Origin: Candidatus Delongbacteria bacterium
GTDB taxonomy: Bacteria > CAIWAD01
Direction: 5' to 3'
Assembly: GCA_963663545.1 (NCBI GenBank)
Contig: OY760505.1
Span: 1,504,001-1,568,000, forward strand
DNA: 64,000 bases
The notes below the pieces were generated by a model, which was not told where the DNA came from, did not search any database, and worked only from the letters and a program-made list of their open reading frames with translations. This document shows positions 59,225-64,000 of the stretch, piece by piece (the first letter of the stretch is position 1; the number at the start of each line of letters is the position of its first letter). The position numbers and the translations under genes were made by a program.

Positions 59225-59427
59225 ATGTTAAACCCTTGACAGTTTAGAGTCAAGTCCTTAAGCAAGAAAAGCTCTCAATTCTCAGCTCTTTATCCCGAAT
59301 TCTGGCCAGGTAAAAAGCTGCTCTGTTACACATCTCAGCTTCATCCTTGTTAATTCATGATATAGCCATGCACTTGGAAGCTTGTACTGAAGAATAGAGA
59401 TTCTTTTGCATGTTAAATTTTTGACTA
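59225..59427. promoter_or_regulatory. Two Rex-like operator palindromes in AT-rich hyd promoter
   Basis: ATGTTAA-accc-TTGACAG (59225-42) and ATGTTAA-attt-TTGACTA (59410-27). Confidence 0.5.
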
Positions 59428-59595
59428 TTTTGGTTTCGAAACATGGTATTGTTTCGCTTCCAATAATTCATACATGCATCTATGATCGGCACATAGCGTC
59501 GTTATCGGTTATAGACACCGCCAAGTAGAGCAAAAAGCGCTTTGGATCTGGAAAACTCACCTGAAGGAGAATCAGGGTCTTGCTATTGGATTGTC

Positions 59596-60705
59596 TCAAA
59601 CACGGCGACCTGAGCCGGTTCGAAAACCTGGCCCCCTTCCCGGGCAGCGTCCCAGGGTCGCCAGCATCCGCAGAATGCCTTCGTGTGTCTCACGCTCCGG
59701 CGCGCTGACACAGGCTTTGGCCGGATAGATTTCGTAAAGCGTGCGGTACTTCATCGGCGTTAGGTTAGGCATAATCACGTTTGCACCGCGTCTTAGGCCC
59801 AGTTCTTTTCCGCCTTGAAGATTCAGAGTTGCCAGAGCCGTGGTCGATGGGATGTTAGCATCCGGACGGAGCAAGCGCGTCAGGGCTAATACTTTGAGTG
59901 CAGTCAACTCATTGGCCGGGACCTGCTCGTCTGGTGCAGCGAAGGGGAACTGTTGGCGGGCAGCCTCAGCTGCTTCTCCCGTAAGTTCGCCACGTGCCGC
60001 CAGGACTGCCCTCCCCAGGGGTGTATCGGGATGCGGAATAAAGGGGCCGGTGCCCAGCATGTCCATATCCACATCGCGAAACAGCAACAGGTCGTCTGTA
60101 AGGCTTTCCCAGGTTTGCCCGGGAAGGCCGATCATCACGCCACTGCCGATCTCGAAACCGATCTCACGCAGCTTCTGCAGACGCTCCATACGGCTGACCG
60201 CTGTATCACCAAGATGCGGGTGAATGCGCGTGAACAACTCCGGATTGGAGGTTTCGATACGTAAGAGATATCGGTGACCGCCAGCCTCGTGCCACATCCG
60301 ATAGGTCTCGTCATCCCGCTCACCAAGACTTAGCGTTATAGCCCGACCTGTTTCCTTTTTTATACGACGAAGTACTCGTGCTACATCCTCTGCAGGCACT
60401 GCGTAATCCTCGCCCGCTTGCAGCACAACTGTTCCGTAACCGAAATCCGCGGCCAATGAAGCACATGCGAGAATTTCTTCTTCGCTCATGCGATATCGTG
60501 TCACAGCGTGATTAGGCTGCCGAATGCCGCAATAGGCGCAGCGGCGAGCGCAATAGTTGGAGATTTCAATCAGTCCGCGTAGATGAACGTCATCGCCTAC
60601 GTAACGCCTTCGTGTTTCGTCCGCCAACTGCCAGAGCTTCTCCAGTCGCTGCGCATCCGTCTCCCGCAACCAACTCTGAACTTCGTCGCGACCAAGATCA
60701 CTCAC
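59596..60705 (-). CDS. hydE: H-cluster radical SAM maturase HydE
   Basis: RGLIEISNYCARRCAYCG, GPFIPHPDTP, GANVIMPN, YEIYP. Confidence 0.93.
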   Translation of the reverse strand: MSDLGRDEVQSWLRETDAQRLEKLWQLADETRRRYVGDDVHLRGLIEISNYCARRCAYCGIRQPNHAVTRYRMSEEEILACASLAADFGYGTVVLQAGEDYAVPAEDVARVLRRIKKETGRAITLSLGERDDETYRMWHEAGGHRYLLRIETSNPELFTRIHPHLGDTAVSRMERLQKLREIGFEIGSGVMIGLPGQTWESLTDDLLLFRDVDMDMLGTGPFIPHPDTPLGRAVLAARGELTGEAAEAARQQFPFAAPDEQVPANELTALKVLALTRLLRPDANIPSTTALATLNLQGGKELGLRRGANVIMPNLTPMKYRTLYEIYPAKACVSAPERETHEGILRMLATLGRCPGRGPGFRTGSGRRV

Positions 60706-61945
60706 CCTGTGCCTCGCGTACTACTTCGTGATACACATCCAATGCGGCCGGGAAGGGGGCTAAGGCGCGCTCAAAGATGCCCAGTGTAAATGCTATTGCC
60801 AGACCATAGTTCGTCATGGGAACACCAGCACGACGGCACTGTAGCAGTCGATTGAGCACTTCGCGGCGATTCCACATGCATGCGCCGCAGTGTATCACGA
60901 GTTTCCATGGCGCCAGGTCCTCGGGAAAGTCATGACCCTGCTTGTGATCAAACTCGATGCGCGCACCCGTGTACTGGCGAATCCAGCGCGGGATTTTAAC
61001 GCGACCAATATCGTCGGTTAGTGGATGATGGCTGCAGGCTTCTGCGATCAAAACACGATCGCCGCTGCGCAGGTTATCAATAGTAGCAGCACCGCGAACA
61101 AACTCCGGCAGATCTCCCTGACGACGGGCAAAGAGGATCGAGAAGCTGGTCATCGGCACCGTGGGCGGAGTATCAGCGGCTACTTTCAGAAAGGCCTGGG
61201 AGTCAGTAACCACCAACGCAGGCGGCACGGTAACACGCTCGATGGCACCCGCAAGCTCGCGTTCCTTCACCACCAGGCACCACGAGTCATTGTCCAACAG
61301 TTCGCGAATGGCCTGGACCTGTGGTTGAATCAAGCGCCCCTTTGGTGCTTCCTTGTCGATGGGGACGACCAGGATTGCCAGCTCACCGGGCGGCACTAGA
61401 TCCGAAAGGATGCCCGTGCTCTGCAGCCAGTCATCGGGCGCAGCCTGAAGAAGCGCTTGACGCAGTTCAGGAAGGCCTTCACTGGTTGTTGCAGCCGTAT
61501 GTACAGCTTGAATCTTCTTTGCTGCTAACTCAGCCAATGTCAATGGACCTGCAGGCTTTGTATCACGCTTGTTGAAAACCGCAATGACAGGCACTTCACG
61601 ATCACGAAACTCGTCCAGCAGTCCTTTTTCGAAATCGCCCCACTCACCTCCGTCACAAACTACGATGCCAAGATCCACGCGATCCAAGGCCTTGCGTGTT
61701 CGTGATACACGCATCTCACCAAGAGCGCCTTCATCGTCTATTCCGGCGGTGTCGATAAACAACACAGGGCCCAGCGGAAGCAGCTCCATTGGCTTCTCCA
61801 CAGGGTCCGTAGTCGTTCCGGCGAATTCAGAAACGATGCTGACATGCTGACGGGTCAACGCGTTTAGCAGACTGGACTTGCCCACATTACGACGGCCAAA
61901 CAAGCCGATATGCAGACGAAAGCGCTTGATGGCTTTGTGAGCCAT
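60698..61945 (-). CDS. hydF: H-cluster GTPase HydF
   Basis: GRRNVGKSS, GTTTDPV, EACSHH, HCGAC, TNYG. Confidence 0.95.
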   Translation of the reverse strand: MAHKAIKRFRLHIGLFGRRNVGKSSLLNALTRQHVSIVSEFAGTTTDPVEKPMELLPLGPVLFIDTAGIDDEGALGEMRVSRTRKALDRVDLGIVVCDGGEWGDFEKGLLDEFRDREVPVIAVFNKRDTKPAGPLTLAELAAKKIQAVHTAATTSEGLPELRQALLQAAPDDWLQSTGILSDLVPPGELAILVVPIDKEAPKGRLIQPQVQAIRELLDNDSWCLVVKERELAGAIERVTVPPALVVTDSQAFLKVAADTPPTVPMTSFSILFARRQGDLPEFVRGAATIDNLRSGDRVLIAEACSHHPLTDDIGRVKIPRWIRQYTGARIEFDHKQGHDFPEDLAPWKLVIHCGACMWNRREVLNRLLQCRRAGVPMTNYGLAIAFTLGIFERALAPFPAALDVYHEVVREAQGE

Positions 61946-61974
61946 GCAGCCTCCGTGATTTTTGTCACACTACA

Positions 61975-63369
61975 TCAACTACCTAATCGACACACAGCTT
62001 CCGGCGTAATCGCCTCTGCAAACTCCTGTGTCGTCATCAGACCGCTTTCAATCACAAGCTCTCTGACGCTACGACCTTCCGCATGCGCCTGTTTCACCAA
62101 AGCACTCACGCGATCGTAGCCCAGTGGCCCCACCAGTGCTGTTGCAGCCGCCGTGGAATTCTCCACGTGACGTCGACAACGCTCTTCGTTTGCCCGCAAG
62201 CCTTCAACACAATGCGCACGCAGTGTATCACAAGCGCGCGCGAGCAGGTCGATATTCTCCAACAGGCAGTCTGCGACAAGGGGCAGGAAGGGGTTAAGCT
62301 CCAGAGCTCCCGCACCAGCTGCCTGCGTGATTGCCAAGTCGTTTGCCTCTACCCGCCAGGCAACTTGTATCACGGCCTCCGGTATCACCGGATTCACTTT
62401 TCCCGGCATAATGGAACTTCCCGCCTGGCGAGCGGGCAAAATCAACTCTCCGAGACCAGCATCAGGACCACTGCTCAGCAGACGCAGGTCATTGCTGATC
62501 TTCTTCAAACTGCATGCCAACGCACGGGCAATTCCACTGACCTCGACAAACACGTCTGCATTCTGTGTGCCGTCCACCAGGTTCTCCGCACGAGCCAGAT
62601 TGTACCCGGTAATTTCGCGTAACACATCCGTGACACGAAAGATGAACTGCCTCGGTGCTCCGAGACCGCTGCCAATGGCTGTACCGCCTAGATTAACTAC
62701 ACGCAGGCGCTCGTTGCATTTGTAAATGCGCCAACGGTCGCGTGACAAAGCGTCCGCGTAAGCACTCATTTCGCGCCCCAGGGTCGTCAATACTGCATCC
62801 TGCAGCTGGGTGCGTCCCACCTTGACGATGTGGGCGAACTCGTGCTCCTTGGCCTGAAACGCCTGCTGCAATTCTACCACAGCCTGTTCCAGTCGCTCGA
62901 AACCAGCCATGGAAGCGATTCGCAACGCAGTAGGATATGTATCGTTCGTAGATTGGTGCCGGTTCAAATCATCGTTCGGTGATACAAACCGAACCTCGCC
63001 GGGCTCCTTGCCCAGAAACTGCAACGACCGGTTTGCAAGGACCTCGTTGACATTCATGTTCGTGCTTGTTCCCGCTCCACCCTGCAGTGCGTCAACAACC
63101 ACAACCTCATCCAACTCACCGTCGATCATTTCGCGGCAAGCACGCTCAATTGCGTCAGCTTTTTCCGGAGCAAGCTTCCAAACACCAAGATCCCGGTTCA
63201 CTTGCGCACACGCGAGCTTTACCTGGCCATAGGCCTTGATCAGGGCAGAATGAACGGAGCGTCCGCTTAGTGGGAAATTCTCCCGCGCACGCTCCGTATG
63301 TACGCCCCACAAACAGTCTGATGGCAGCTCGCGCTGCCCCAGCAGGTCCTCGTCAAACCTTGTGGTCAT
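61975..63369 (-). CDS. aspA: Aspartate ammonia-lyase
   Basis: QGGAGTSTNMNVNE, QSTNDTYP, GSSIMPGKVNP. Confidence 0.9.
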   Translation of the reverse strand: MTTRFDEDLLGQRELPSDCLWGVHTERARENFPLSGRSVHSALIKAYGQVKLACAQVNRDLGVWKLAPEKADAIERACREMIDGELDEVVVVDALQGGAGTSTNMNVNEVLANRSLQFLGKEPGEVRFVSPNDDLNRHQSTNDTYPTALRIASMAGFERLEQAVVELQQAFQAKEHEFAHIVKVGRTQLQDAVLTTLGREMSAYADALSRDRWRIYKCNERLRVVNLGGTAIGSGLGAPRQFIFRVTDVLREITGYNLARAENLVDGTQNADVFVEVSGIARALACSLKKISNDLRLLSSGPDAGLGELILPARQAGSSIMPGKVNPVIPEAVIQVAWRVEANDLAITQAAGAGALELNPFLPLVADCLLENIDLLARACDTLRAHCVEGLRANEERCRRHVENSTAAATALVGPLGYDRVSALVKQAHAEGRSVRELVIESGLMTTQEFAEAITPEAVCRLGS

Positions 63370-63384
63370 GGTGTCCTTTACTGG

Positions 63385-64000
63385 CTAGCAGTAGACGTCC
63401 CTGCGTCCTTCGCGGACCTTCTCCATCAGGGCTTCAGCTGTACGACGCGGGCCAGGATCCATTCCCTCTAGCATTTCCGGTATCACGGCCAAGCCGTCAG
63501 CCTTGGTTTTCGGCGAGGCAAAGTCCATGAGATATTCCAGGAAGGAGCTCAGGCCATTAGGCGCGCAGTGCGCTTTGATTGCGCCGGGCTTGGCCAGATC
63601 CATGAAGTCCGCACCAGTACGACCTAGTCGGTAGCATCCTGTGCAGAAAGAGGGGATGTAGCGCATCTTGATCAGGTCATGTATCACTTCATCCAGCGAG
63701 CGGTGGTCGCCTAGCGAGAACTGGCTCTCAGCGGTCGCATCTTCGTCTTCCAGATTCGGCATGTTGGCATGCTCGCCCGTCAGGCCTTGCGTTTCATCCT
63801 CGTATCCACCTGGATTCGTTCGACTGCCAGCCGAAATTTGTGATACACCGAGTGCAAATGTCTCACGGCGCATTTCCGCCGTCTCACGCGTGCTCATGAT
63901 GATACCGGTGTAGGGCACAGCTAGACGCAGGATGGCCACAAGCTTGCGGAAGTCGATGTCCGAAACCGGCTTGGGAGGATGCACGGCCACATCGGCTCCT
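63385..64000 (-). CDS. hydG: H-cluster radical SAM maturase HydG (C-terminal part)
   Basis: LAVPYTGIIMSTRE, QISAGS, PSFCTGCYR..RTG, C-x-PN; 5' end outside window. Confidence 0.93.
   Translation of the reverse strand, partial: GADVAVHPPKPVSDIDFRKLVAILRLAVPYTGIIMSTRETAEMRRETFALGVSQISAGSRTNPGGYEDETQGLTGEHANMPNLEDEDATAESQFSLGDHRSLDEVIHDLIKMRYIPSFCTGCYRLGRTGADFMDLAKPGAIKAHCAPNGLSSFLEYLMDFASPKTKADGLAVIPEMLEGMDPGPRRTAEALMEKVREGRRDVYC

Noticed and set aside
1..64000. GTGATAC motif as a Chi or KOPS site
   Set aside because: Both orientations are about equally frequent throughout the window, unlike replichore-polarised motifs.

Overview
64 kb of chromosome from a moderately GC-rich diderm, probably anaerobic, bacterium. 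Several proteins end in 'NxPNPFNPST...' secretion-type C-terminal domains (CTDs), which suggests an FCB-related lineage (inference). In order, the window holds: a nucleoside-scavenging operon (5'-nucleotidase, amrA, cdd, udk, tdk, nupC, PNP, Omp85-family, Ycf48-like); lipA, an M13 peptidase, tRNA-Lys, NYN and rnz, with a DnaA-box cluster between the last two; lat; the operon nadE-rsmI-lgt-tmk-ctpA-HAD-metB followed by a citryl-CoA-lyase-like gene; a split hipBA module followed by gene remnants; a poly-gamma-glutamate operon (pgsBCW plus two unknown envelope genes); an epimerase, acpS, pgi, resB, NlpC/P60, gamma-CA, a histidine kinase and a methyltransferase; an IS-rich decayed island next to tRNA-Leu; a secreted Cys/His-rich protein; and a trimeric [FeFe]-hydrogenase cluster with a sensory hydrogenase-kinase relay and the hydG-aspA-hydF-hydE maturase genes. 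The most notable unexplained signals are a strongly over-represented, strand-balanced 7-9 bp motif (YGTGATACA, about 95 copies by hand count) inside coding sequence, and a ~180-nt multi-stem RNA-like element with a possible kissing loop and its own terminator at 44.0-44.2 kb. All calls come from reading the sequence; no database searches were run.
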